Part shown: in pieces, positions 51,355 to 64,000 of the stretch
Layout of the letters: the number at the start of each line of letters is the position of its first letter
Position numbering within the stretch: position 1 is the first letter of the stretch
From: Dipteris shenzhenensis
Taxonomy: Eukaryota
Direction: 5' to 3' (one strand)
Assembly: GCA_047967505.1 (NCBI GenBank)
Contig: CM106538.1
DNA: 64,000 nucleotides
The notes under the pieces: model-generated
Database searches by the model: none
What the model saw: only the letters and a program-made list of their open reading frames with translations
What the model was told of the DNA's origin: nothing
Program-made: the position numbers and the translations under genes

Positions 51355-52300
51355 ACCTGAGGTTCCTCAAGAAGATGGATAGGGTGCTTCATATAGGTTT
51401 TTTTGCTTATCCTCTTTCTAAAAACATCTTTCTTATTGGGGGACACCCGTGTTTCCTGAGTCCAAAATGCAAACACAATATCTTGAACATCCTGTGTGAT
51501 GTTGCTACATTGTTGTTGTTGTCTTTGGCAGGAGGATCATGACAGCATTCCCTGTTCTTCGATGGGCAAGCGAGATTTTGCAGAGTAGAAGTCTCTTATG
51601 GACACCCAAAATCTTGGAAGCCTTTGCAATGCTAAAATCTTGGCATTCTTGCCCATCAGAATTCATCAACATCATTATAGTAGACCTTTTGAAGAAAACT
51701 TAATCATGGCTCTGTGGTTGTTTGACATGGGTTAAGGTTCTACGTATATTGGTTACGAATGTTTCTACAACAACTGAGCATCTTCGTTGGCACTATGCAA
51801 ATGGTTGATATTGGGATAAAACATGATTTGCGTGAAGATATCCTTTTTGGTTTTCTGAGTCCATTCCCTTGTTTGTTCTTCAAAGAAGGAAACAAGCTCC
51901 TTTGCTATCTTCATCTCTTGTCCATGTCAGATACAACATTTTCCTGATTTGCCAGAGCTCGCTTCACCCTTGCTTTTTGTCGTTGCTTTCTTTTCTTTGT
52001 AGCCTTGTACTCTCTAACAGCGTCTACCTCTTTTTATTGACATGTCAATTGGGTCAATGTCTTTGCAAAAAGTAGCATAAAGCATTGCCATCTAACTCAT
52101 TTGCAATGTCATTTAAGAAATAGAAAAGCAAAGACGTTTCGTGCAGAGGCACAAACTAGTTTTTGATAGGAAATTTGAGTATGAGCTTTGATGGTCCTGG
52201 GGACGCTATTAATTCAGCAATAGTGTTTGCAAATATTTCATTGGTTTGAAGTGCTACTACTCTGCTTTTGTCTTAAGTTGATTTGTTCCTCACTGGTAGT
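51355..52300 (-). pseudogene. Sola2-like transposase, copy C, N-terminal exon
   Basis: VFAFWTQETRVSPNKKDVFRKRISKKTYMKHPIHLLEEPQ|GT aligns with the exon-1 end of copies A/B at the same intron position. Confidence 0.7.
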
Positions 52301-52569
52301 GGAATTTGCAAACTCCACTCCAGTTAGGATCTCACATCTTCCGGCATCTGTTTGAAGTGCTGCTACTCTGAGGCTGTTTCCAAAAGATAGAATGCAAAGA
52401 AAGAACTAGGAGTTCCCCCCCCCCAACACACACACACAAATTCCAAGTTGCATATTCAAAGTGGGAGGTTCCAGAAAGAGAAGCGGGACTGGCAGTTATA
52501 GTGTCTTTGTTAGTTATGCACCATGGATGTGGGATGTGTTTTTTATTTTTAAATTTACACTCCTGACCA

Positions 52570-53300
52570 CCAGTCTCACAATGAGTTTGAAAGATGCTTT
52601 TAGAAACACTGCAAACCCCATGCCAACTATAGTAGGATGAAAGAGGAGATGTAGCAAGTGTTTTGTGATGGCATTGAGAAAACTGCTTGCACCATCGTAT
52701 TAGATGGATGGAAGAATGTTAGCAAGTGGCCCTTGATTAACATAATGGTTGTGACATTCAAAGGGGAGGCTTTCTGACAATTGATTGATACAAGTCGTGA
52801 GGCTAAGACATGAGAATTCATTGCAGAGCAGTTAAGTAGATGTATTGAAGATATCAGTCCTGACAATATTATTCAGTTGAACACTGATAATGCCAAGAAT
52901 TGTCAAAAGCCTTAAAAAATAATAAATTGTAGATATTGACATATTTGGGCATCGCCATGATTGTGCCATTTTCTGGACTTAGTCTTGGAGGATTGGTACA
53001 AAACACATGAGACAAACTTCTTCAAAGTTGCCATGGACAAGGCTCAAAAGGTGGTGTTGTGCTTTCTTAACCATGAGCGATTACTAGGCATATTCAGGAA
53101 TCATCAACGTGCGAGTCACCTGCTAGAGCTTCTAAAGCCAGGTGTTACACATTTTGGCATAAACTATATAATGATGGAGCGGTTGTTATTAAAGTAGCAA
53201 GCTCTTGTAACCGAGACACTATTCAGCAGAGAAGCTGTAGAGTGGATGGCCAACACTCAAACAACTCTTGTAATGAATTTGGAGACCTAAAGGCATTGGT
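52570..53300 (+). mobile_element. hAT transposase fragment (DUF659 region)
   Basis: CTIVLDGWKNVSKWPLINIMV...PDNIIQLNTDNAKNC...CHFLDLVLEDW...ELLKPGVTHFGINYIMMERL. Confidence 0.9.
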
Positions 53301-54229
53301 TAATAATCCGGTGTCTCCTAGTTGGGAGCAACATCTCCTATAGTTGTGGCTGCTTATATGAGATCATCCAAAGCTGCATGTGTAGGTACATCACCCATCT
53401 ATGTGTCTATTCCATCTTCTAAGTCAATCACTTTTTAGGACTCTATACAGACCTTGGGCTACTTGACAAAGGTGTTATCTCATCATCAATAAACATACAA
53501 TCAGGTTCTCTTCCAATTTTTTCTGATGACCTTGCCTGTTCATTATCAAAATCAACTTTCCAAAAAGGAGAATGGGGCTCAAGCCCTGGGCTAAGGCCAG
53601 GAGTCTTCACATGTGCTATGTTTCCCAAGAAAGATGTAGGCTTAGCAGTAAATGCCTATGCACATGCAAGTACTCTAGGCTTGTCTGATGATCCTGCCTG
53701 TGAATTATAAGCAAAGACTGCATCCACAGAACATGCCAAATTTCAAACGGAGATTTTATCTCGGTGGAAAAAACATGTGCAAACTAATGCAATAACACAT
53801 TTAGTAATCATGTAGTCATGCACAGACAATACATTTTGCTGCAACCATAGGGATTGTTGCACAAGAAATTGTTGAAAAAAATATTCTTATTGTAGTGAAA
53901 ATGGTTCCAATAACCAATGCAGTGATGTAGAATTATGATAACTCCAATAACCAGTGCAGTGGTTGCAAGGAAACTATACTAAATTGTAAATGCTACATTT
54001 TCCTTAGCTTGGAACTAAAATAGCTCCAAGAACATGTGTGATGGTTGAGAAATTGTTGCACAAGGAGTAATACGACTAAAATATCTCTAAAATAATACTA
54101 TTTCCCTTGGTTTAGAACTAAAATAGCTTCGACATCCAGTGTGGTGGTTGCGGATATGGACCTTGAGGGGTCCCATTAGAGATTGACATGCCACAATGGT
54201 CTGCCATGGTGGTCTTCATGCCAACGTGT

Positions 54230-54475
54230 TGGTCTCTCCATGCCAACATCATTGCTTGAACTAGCACGATGGTGAACGCAACAAAAGATTGTGTTGCACA
54301 TCAATAGATGGCAAAGTTGCATAATGACAAGTGGCAAGGCAAAGGTTTTGTGCTCTTGTCGGGCCAACATGGTTGTGCTCGAACCAGCACGGTGGTCAGC
54401 ACAGCAAAAAATTCTATTACATAGTGACAGATGGCGAAGCTATGCAAGCAAACATGGCAAGGCAAAGGTTGTGTG
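54230..54475. repeat. Diverged ~123-bp tandem duplication
   Basis: GAAC.AGCACG.TGGT...GGCAAGGCAAAGGTT.TGTG at ~54258 and ~54381. Confidence 0.7.
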
Positions 54476-55949
54476 ATGTAGTCTCTGTGCTCATGAGTAA
54501 ATGCATATAATGCCATGTGCCGAGCTTTGCGCTATTGAACATGATAATATTGCATCTCATTATTACACCAGTGCATGTTCATGATGTCAAGAAAATTTCT
54601 GACGAGAGCGTAGGTCCATGCAAAATTTAAATATTCACCCAAAAGCACATCGCGTCGCGGTTGCAAAATGGCCTCGAAAATAGTTTTGCGATTGGCTACA
54701 CCCAAGAAAATGTTGACTCACCACCCCAACTCTTGCAATTGCTAAGATCTATTTGGAGACCTTTGTTCTAAAACATCCAAGCACTTCTAATTGATGCACC
54801 ATAATTTCCTTATTTACATGTGATAACAGTGCAAAGGATGTCAATTTTGATAGTGCCCTACACTTGATTGGTTCCTATTTTCCATGGGGTGCAAACTTTT
54901 CATGCATGCACACCATTTTTTCTCCTTGAAAAAGCCCCATGTAATGGGAAAGGGAGGCATCTTTTCCAAAACCTTGCCTTGTGCTCCCTTCCGCATTCCA
55001 AAAGTGTCAAACTCAATTGTAGCCAGAGAAATACATCAAAACATATTGATTTAATCATTTTCAACTATGAATTGAAATTGAAAACTAGAACATACTTTAA
55101 AATATACGTATTAGCACTTTATACATCCACCTCCTCAAGACCTTTCGTATGAAGGTTAATGGAGCTCTTCGTTTGAGCAATTGTCAAAGGTCCAACAAGT
55201 GAAGAAGCCTCTCTAGATGATTCGCCCTGATGTCGGTTTACAGCTTGTCTTCTCTCCACCACCATGCTTGGGCTTTTTGATATTCTACTTTTGTGATGTA
55301 GCTTTGCTCAACATGCATCATCTCTTCCCAACTTGCATAGATTTCAACAATGTAACATCTAATTCAAGAACTGTAACCTGTAAATGAGAACTATAGGGGA
55401 ATCTTTCACCCCTTTGAAATATTCCCTTATTTTCGTGTGAATTTTACATGTTTTTTAAAAAGATGACCATTTTGCACAATGTCTTTTGACAAAAGACATA
55501 AAAACCATCTTTTTTTGAAAATTTTTCGGCAATGGTATTTCAAAAAACAAGCATGAAAACCTTTACTTAGATTAGAAAAAATGCATAAAATACAATACTG
55601 TCTCAAAGCCGTTACAATATGGACCTATGCATCCAATGCAAATAAAAGGGGCATGGCATAACATCTTTCAAAACTCTAACAAGCTAGAAATTATATTGCT
55701 TCACAAATATACATGCCATTGATCCTACAAAGAATAGTACTCATCCTCGAATCCTATATCTTCAAATGCACTAGAGCTAAAGCTTTGTGGGGTAGAAGTT
55801 GTAAGAGCCTTCGTCCTCCAAACTATTCACTAGAACATTCAATCAATATCTGTAAAATCTTTCAGGATAATGTTATGTATTATGTCCCCTTTGGCAATTG
55901 CCCTAATTTTCTTAATTGACATGCATATACCAAAATATCTAACCCAATT

Positions 55950-56528
55950 GCTCAGTCAATGATATCATCTATCAAGATCTACCTTGCTTTATGCGACCAA
56001 GCTATATGCTTGGTCAATGATATCATTAACCGAGTGAGCCAAAACCTTTGAAAGCTCTAAATTATTTGTAAGAAAAGCAAATTTTTTAATATATGCATAT
56101 TTTGGAACTCTTGACATCAGAAATAAGCTTGGAAGGCCCCAAAATCCTAAAAGTGACTACAAACATGGACCCCGACCTTCCGACGATTTTTGGAAAAACC
56201 CAGATAGGAAAGCATGCATCCACATGCCAAGTTGATGATATCATCAACTTGGCATGCATTTGGTCGATGATATCATCGACCAAGAACATTCTTGGTTGAT
56301 GAGATCATCGACCAAATGCACACCAGGTCGATGATATCATCGAGCGAGAGTCGCACACACGCATTCTTATCTGGGAGTTTTAAAAAAACCTTCAAAAGAT
56401 ACCCATGTTTACAATCTTTTTTAGGGTTTTGTGACATTCCAAGCTCATTTCTGATGTCAAAAGTTCCAAAATATGCATCTAAAAAAAGTTGTAATGTTTT
56501 CTCAAATAACTTAGAGGTTCTGGCTCAC
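55950..56528. mobile_element. Palindromic MITE-like element with GATGATATCATC motifs
   Basis: ~115-bp inverted arms 56034-56152 and 56419-56528 (GTGAGCCA...TGGCTCAC); six GATGATATCATC-type palindromes between 55958 and 56341. Confidence 0.7.
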
Positions 56529-58045
56529 TAGAATAAAAGTTTCCCATTCTTTCTTTATGTGATTTAAAAAGAGAGTAAAAAGTTTTGTTTGGATAATAAT
56601 AAGTAGAACATGCTATTAGGTGCAACAAGCTAAGATAATAAAAGTTGTTTTTTGAGAGAAATACAAAGGTCATAGGGAGGAAAAAACTTTAAGACTTTGA
56701 GAATAGAGAAAATTGAAGTATATTTTGTGATATAGTGGAGGTACCTTTTAGTTTGTAGGCATGATGTTTGAAAAATGAATGAATTCAATAAGTTTCGTAC
56801 CTGAAATAGATGTTACACTATTTTTCACTCTCCAAATATTCCACCATTGCCAGATTTGTGCTACTGGGTAGTCCATCTACAATGCCTAGGGTATTGCCTG
56901 ATTCCCAACAATACAGTGCAGATCGAGCCTCGTCTTTATGAAATCCTGTTAGGATTGTATGTCTTGCAAAAAAAATGTATCCTTTATCATCAAGAATGAT
57001 AGAGACCTTGTAACATTACTTTATCCAATACAAGCTCTCCTCATTCTCAATTGTTGACATCTATCACTAATGTCTCTTTAATTTCTAAAGCAGTATCTGG
57101 TTCTAGTTACTGTTGATATAGAACCATTTGCAATCTAGTCACTCTCTGTTCCTCCATTTTTGGCCCTTAAACACTTTGTTCTAGCTTTGAACTCTCTACT
57201 CCTATCAATGGGCCTACCCCCTACTCCTTTTGATGAGCTTTCACCCCTAGCTTTGATTGTGGGTGCTGTAGAGTTGATTCTTGATATTGTTGGATGATGG
57301 AAAAACTTTCCTCCACATTAGCATCCACAATCTCTTTGACATTAGTAGCTTCTTTATTTGACAAGAGCATTTGCATGTCTTGCACAAATTGTGGAATATC
57401 AAGGTCCTCCATCTCTAGTAAAATGAGCCTTAAGGCCATTTTCTATGACAAGTAATAGTCTTGCAAACCGAGGTCTTGTATCTCTAAGTCTAAGAATTGC
57501 AAAAAGTGTCTTTGAAATTGCTCACCGGGTGTTTGAATGCTAGATCTTTGTGGAGACACTCAAACAATAGGTCACAAGGCACCCAGTCACCTCCCACAAT
57601 ACCAACACGAATGGTGTATGGCCGGATGGTTTCTTTGATGAATCATATCACATCAGTAAAAACCTAGTGGTGCTTTAGGAGGGTGTTCTCTACATTTAGC
57701 TTTTAATCAAAGATCTTGTAGATCTCATCCTCCCTACTTGTGTAAAGAGTGGCAGCTACAAAGTCGTGAAAGGCAAGACATGGGGTGGCCATGAGCAATG
57801 TGAGGATGTGAGGGAACACACCAAAGATTGAGGAGACAATGACAAAAGTATTATTCCTTTTCAGACACCACCTTTTATAAAGTCAAAATTATTTAAAAAT
57901 TAATCATACATACTATTAAAACATATAAGAGGAAACATGGTTACAATTAAATAAGATCAAAAGATCCCCCAAAGATCAACATTTTTCATCACTGGGAAGT
58001 ATGATCAAAATATCTATATATTAATTCGATCAAAATGACAAAATA

Positions 58046-61000
58046 TGAAGAGAGGAGAGGAGAAGAGTGGAGATGAGGAGAGAGGACATAGATAGAGAGC
58101 ACACCACAAATGACTAATTGTACACTAGATTTAGTTGAAAATATAGAATATATACAAACCCAATTAGGGTTAGGGTTAGGGGATCTAACCATTTCCTTTA
58201 TAGCACTCTATTGGGTTAGTGCTATGCAGATATGATAACGTGATGGTGCTATGCACACATGATCACATGATGTTGAGCGTGAACTCTCAACACCTTCCCT
58301 CAAGATCAACATCATGAAGTAGGCCTTCCCTCAAGATGATGATTCTGGGGAATTGAAGAAGGACTGAGCATTACATTCCATCACACCCCTTTAATGGGAA
58401 TGCCCTTCCTCTTCATCAAACCAAGAGCTGGTCAGTGTTTCTTGAATAGCTCTTTATCGAGTGGTTTGGTAAAGATATCTACAACATTCTCTTTGCTATC
58501 ACAATGCTACAGTGTGATGTCACCAAGTAACACTCTTTCTTTGATGAAGTGCTCTCTGACATCAATGTGCTTTGTCTTGGAGTGATATACTGGATTCTTG
58601 GCCAATGCTTGAGCTGATTGATTATCATAATATATTGTTGTTGGATTTGACTCATCAAAGTAATCTATTTCTAACAATAGTCGTCTGAGCCACATAGCCT
58701 CACATGCACCTGTAGTGAGTGCTCTATATTTTGCTTCAGTCGAAGACAAAGAAACAGTTGGTTGTTTGTTTGACAACCATGATATAGCACGTTGACCAAC
58801 TAAAGATGCATATCCCTATGTCGATCTCCTAGTCTCATGATCTCCGGCATAGTCACTATCATAGTATCCATGCAACCATGGATGACTTCCTCTATATTCT
58901 ATCCCAAACTGTCTTGTACCTTTGATGTATCTCAAGACTCTTTTGGCTGCATTCCAGTGAGATTGTTTTGGATTTGTCATAAACTGTGCTAGTGAGCTTA
59001 CTATTCTAGTGAGATTGTTTTGTATTTGCCATAAACTCTGCTAGTGAGCTTACTACATAGCAAATATCTGGCCGAGTAATAGTCAGATATATAAGAGATC
59101 AAATGAGATGGTTGTACCCATCATTGGCTGTAGGCTTTTTTGAATCTTTAGTAAGTTTCAAACTCTATACCATGGGAGTGTGCTGCAATCTTGCAATTTG
59201 CCATATGAAACTTCTTCAAGAGACTCTCAACATACTTGAGCTGACTCATGAATGTGCTATCTCAATCTCTCCAGAACTCAATTCCAAGACAATAGTGCAT
59301 AAGTCCAAGATCTTTCATGTCAAACTCTGCAGATAAGTCTTGTTTTAGTTTTCTGACGAAGCTATCCTTACTTTCGGTCACAATCAAATCATGTACGTAC
59401 AAAAGTGTAGTAGTAATGTCTTCCCTTGAGCTTTGTAGTAGACACTATGATCTGCATTGGACTTCATGTATCCCAAATCAGCAAAATACTTGTAGATTCT
59501 ACTATATGAACTTTTGGGTGCTTGCTTTAAGCCGTAGAGTCTTTTCTTGAGATGGCAAACCTTATTCTCCTTTCCTGATTCAACATAACCTGCTGGTTGT
59601 TGCATGTAGACTTCTTCGTCTAGATAACCATTGAGAAATGCATTCTTGACATCGAGCTGATACACATTCCATTTGCTGAGTATCATTAGTGATATCAAGA
59701 ACCATATGGAATCCATATTTGCTACTAGAGCATGTCTCATCATAGTCTTGACCATATTGCTATGCAAATCCTTTTGCAACTAGTCTAGCTTTGTATCTTT
59801 GAATACTGCCACCTAGATTGTACTTCACTTTGTATACCCATTTGTTTGCTATGGCTTCTTTCCTAGTAGAAGGTTGCATAATTCCCAAGTATTATTCTTA
59901 TACAAAGCATCCATTCCATCATTCATAGTAGTTTGCCATTTTGGCTTATCTACAGCATCTTTGAAGTACACTGGCTCTTCTATAGCCATGATGGTAGTCA
60001 TAAGAGCATAGTTGGTGGTTTCAACCTGAATTGCTTTGCCTTTTTGAGCATATGTCAATTTGGTTGGTGGTCTGCTTACCCCAGTAGACCGTCTGAGCTG
60101 TTGTGGCTTTACTTGGGGTGTTGCTGGCAATTCTTACTCTTCTTCATTAACTTGTTCTACAGATGACTATGAAGTCAATGTTTCCATCTCTTATGTATTT
60201 GAGGTTTTCCATTCTGATTCTGCATCAAAGATTACACCTCTGGAGATAATGACCTTGCGATTGATAGGATCATACAACATGTATGCTTTGCTTTCTTCAC
60301 AATAGCCAACCATGATGCATTTGCATGACTTTGCATCCAATTTCCTGCAACAATGATTTGGTAGTTGTGTTCCATCATTTGACCTACTGACAAAAGATTC
60401 TTGCTAAGCTTCAAAACAAAGAGTACATCTTTCACCAATCCTTTTGTACCAGTAAAATTGTTCATAAGGATAATTTATCCCTTGAACTGGATTCAATGTA
60501 TTGTCTGCTATGTAGATGACATTTTTTTGACCTAATGGTTTCATCTTTGTGAACCATTCCTGATGATTTGTCATGTGAGATGATGCACCGCTATTGATAT
60601 ACCAAGGATCCTATTCCGCTTGGTCAACTTGATAGCAAAAATCCTCTTTGGGATTGTAATCAGTGTGTAGGTACACGTGTAGGTACACTATATCAGTTTA
60701 TTGCATTTCCTCATTTGCAAGAAACATATTCCCATGTTCATTTACAAAATGACTGTGACTAGAATGTCCACCACAATGATTTCCTCTACCTCAAAAATTC
60801 CCTCGATTACTACTGGATTGACTGCCTTGGTTGTACTACTTCTTGCATGGCAATATATTTCATAGTGTCCAAACTTGTGACAGTAGTTGCACTGAATGTT
60901 TGACACGTTGGTGGAGGCATTCCCTCGTCCTTGAAATCTTTCTCAATTGGAATGGTTCCCTCTTTGTTGATTCTGATGTTGAGGATGATGCGGATGCTGA

Positions 61001-61110
61001 CTTTGCTGATGATGACCTTGTTGTTGCTGATGATTACCACTTCGCTAGAATAATCTACCTTTGCCTCTGCCTCTACCTCTGCTTTTGTCTGAAGCTGTGA
61101 ATGCCAAATC
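58046..61110 (-). mobile_element. Truncated Ty1/copia element of a second family: 3' LTR, RNase H, RT, protease and gag remnants; integrase core deleted
   Basis: LTR ends TCAACA at 58292 next to a PPT; KQPTVSLSSTEAKY, YQLDVKNAFLNG, YGLKQAP; protease WYINSGASSHMT at ~60570-60605; zinc knuckle near 60850-60895; LTR start is approximate. Confidence 0.9.
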
Positions 61111-62024
61111 AACTACAAAACACTGACTCTGAACTGTCTGGTGAAGATAGAAAGTCTCTAGTATATAAACTCAGATCTGTGTTACAAGGCCTATGGCAAA
61201 TGATGCCGGGAATAGCCAAGAGGCTTTACAAGGCTAAAATGATGTGCACGATGCTGTGAGATAGCCAAATAGGCTTTACAATGGTGGCATGTGTGTGTGA
61301 AATCAAATGCTACTTGCCCACTAAATGATTGGCAATGCCTCTGAAAAACTTGGAAGTCTACTCGCTAAACTAATGAACGTCAAGTTTCAGGTAATGTAAT
61401 GATGTGAAACCGTATGTGAGCGTATGGACTATAGGTAGTAGTCGAGAATTTTAGGCATGTCTTAGATTGGCAACTTGGGGAGATTCAAAGAGTCCCCTCT
61501 ATGGCGATCTAGTCTACTCTGATCTAGATCTATACCAACCGTCGATCAATGAAAGAACAACAAATAATTCCTTTTCTTTTGTTCCTTTTAAGTGCTGGGT
61601 CAGATGCATTGATGTAGAGGCAAATGTGCATGAACGAAATGGTTTTGTCGATGAGGCTCAAATGTGAGTGTAACTTACACCAAAGTGTGCATGTGATGTG
61701 ACAAGCACGTAGAGCATGAAAAATCGAGTGACTTTCCTTTTTGGAGCACCCTCAAATTCTTCTTGGATCAAGAGATATGACTTGATCTAGGTGGAGGGGC
61801 AAAAGGAGTGCAAATGGTGCTCAATGATGATGTGTCACTGTGGGTCACATGCAGTGATGATGTGGCATTGTGCCTAGCAAGAGGTGTGTCTATGGAGCAG
61901 TGATGAGGTGGTAGGAGTGGTCACATGAAGTCCCTGTGTAGCACTATGTGTGCATGTAGAGGGTTAGTGTGCCACATGGCACTGATGATGTGGCACTGCT
62001 AACTAGATAGGGTGATGTGGTAGT

Positions 62025-64000
62025 TAGGTCGGTCTCAAAATAGGCCACTGACCACACGATAGAACCGTGGTGTAGAATAGAGCAACTAACCTATGGACCC
62101 CGTTCGCCATCCGGGATCATCTGGGGCTCCAAACGAGCCCCACAACCTGAGAGTGGGTTGCCTCGGGAAATGCTTCATCTACCCTCAGTGCGGTTAGTCA
62201 TGGATGCCTTCCTGCACTTGCATGTAGACTAGTTGGCAGTGTGCCAACTCTATCTGAAGCCGTCCAGCCATCAGGCCACACATGGCCCCCATCTAGTGTC
62301 CAAACCAGGACCCACCGGATAACCGAGCTACTCAAATGCCTTCTCCTCATATGGGGGGCTTACAAGTAGAGTTAGCTGGTTCCCGCATAGTTACACGAGA
62401 GTGGAGCATTGATATCTAACACCCCCCCTCAATGTCCACCCGCAAGTGAACTTACTTTTTCGGCCCAATGCCAAGTCCATGAAGATGCCTCTCCAACAAG
62501 TCTCTTCCAAGTGCCTTCGTAAAGATGTCCGCAGCATTCTCTGTAGTCAGACGGTACACCAAGTCGACCTCTCCATCCATGATGAGCTCGCATACAAAGT
62601 GATATTGAATCTCAATGTGTTTTGTGCGAGTGTGGAACATAGGTTTCTTTGCAATCGCCATGTAACTCTGATTGTCACATGATAACTGCGTAGGCTTGTT
62701 CTGCATTGCACCCATGTCCCCTAAAATCCTCCTCAACCACAGTGCCTCACAAGAAGCAAAGCATGCTGATTTGTACTCAGCCTCAATAGAAGAAAGGAAA
62801 ATTGTGGGTTGCTTCTTGCTGACCCATGACACAGCTCTAGATCCAAGTGAGAAACAGTAACCTATCACTGATCTCCTACTATCCACGTCTCCTACCCAAT
62901 CCGAGTCATAGAATCTGGTCAAGATGTTGCCCTTGGTATAGGTGATGCCATAATCAAGTGTGCCTTTGATGTATTTCAGCACCTGCATACCTGCCCTCTA
63001 ATGGTTCTCCTGGGGCTTATTGGAAAACCTGCTTAGTACACCAGTCGCAAAGCTGATGTCTAACCGCGTGTTGCACAAGTAAATTAAGCTACCCACAAGA
63101 CTTCTATACTTCGCTTCGTCCACCAGTGGTGATGAGAGCTTCACATCAACCTCCATAGGGGTACCAACTGTCTTGCACTCAGCCATGCGAAATGCCTTCA
63201 GTATCTCTCTAGCATACTTCAGTTGTGAGATGAAGATCTGTTTTGGCTCTTGCCAAACTTCAATCCCCAACAAATAGAAATGCATGAGTTCGAGGTGTGT
63301 CATTTGAAACTCTCTTCCTAGCAAATGCTTTGTCTACAAGATCTTCTCTTCATGGTTCCCTGTTATGACAAGGTCATCCACGTAAAGGACCATGATCATA
63401 CACCTGCCTCCTCCTCTGTAGTTATACAAATTTGCATCAAATGGGCTCCTCCTGAACCCGTTTTGTAGAAAGTAGGCATCAATCCACGGGTACCGTGCTC
63501 GTGGGGCCTGTTTCAGCCTATAAAGTGCCTTCTTCAGTTTATAGACTTTACCTTCTGAACCGGGGATCACAAAACTTGGTGGTTGTTCCACGTATACCTC
63601 CTTGAGATCTCCATTCAGAAAGGTGGATTTTACATCCATCTGAAACATGGGCCAACTTTCTTGTGCTGCGATAGCCAAAACACTGCGAGTTGTGGTTAGT
63701 GGTTAGTCAAGCTGTGGGAGCAAAAGTATCCTGATAATCAAAACCATGTACCTGTGTGAATCCTTTTGCCACGAGCCTAGCCTTGTACTTATCCAACATG
63801 CCGTCGGACTTGTACTTGGTCTTGTACACCCACTTGGTTTCGATTACCTTGTGTTTTGGTGGTCGATCCACAAGGTCCCAAGTGTTGTTCTTCATTATGG
63901 AGCCATACTCCGACTGCATAGCCTCCATCCACCTATCATCACCCTGTGCCCCTTCAAGACACTTGGGTTCTTCAGCATGGATCACCTCTGTCATCAAAGC
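62025..64000 (-). mobile_element. Partial Ty1/copia element of the same family as 34271-42471: RT-RNase H and a truncated 3' LTR; runs off the window
   Basis: LTR segment 62025-62421 is the reverse complement of the first ~400 bp of the 34271 LTR; PPT at 62422-62430; ORFs 62452-63997 are nearly identical to the RT/RH of the 34-kb element. Confidence 0.95.

Noticed and set aside
53310-57900. Short exon-like ORFs (53443-53628, ~55120-55380, 57221-57439)
   Set aside because: No family motif recognised; cannot be supported without a search
61120-62025. Possible LTR or insertion with GATGATGTGGCA repeats between the two right-hand copia copies
   Set aside because: No second copy, clear TG..CA ends or TSD could be established

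Overview
Repeat-dense eukaryotic DNA from a land plant; a fern or other non-flowering lineage is an inference. I found no intact host gene. The window is a nested mosaic of transposons and gene fragments. LTR retroelements: a full-length Ty1/copia at 34271-42471 carrying a nested gag-only element, two partial copia copies near the right end, a short-LTR non-autonomous copia derivative at 7936-12560, and a solo LTR. DNA transposons: three decayed, intron-containing Sola2-like DDD transposase copies, a CACTA element containing an inserted deletion derivative of its own family, hAT fragments, and foldback/palindromic elements. Also present are tandem arrays and host-gene fragments (a ubiquilin/DSK2 exon and the 3' part of a lipoxygenase). 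The most unusual feature is a spliced, decayed gene at about 13640-17560 (+). It joins an N-terminal ParB/Srx-like domain (VWDGNH[R]) to a C-terminal beta-class N4-cytosine/N6-adenine DNA methyltransferase domain, an architecture typical of phages and prokaryotes. It lies convergent with a Sola2-like transposase. Another Sola2-like copy is similarly faced by RING-finger and FCP1/NIF-phosphatase pseudogenes, suggesting large cargo-carrying Sola2-like transposons. All protein assignments come from manual motif recognition; no database searches were run.
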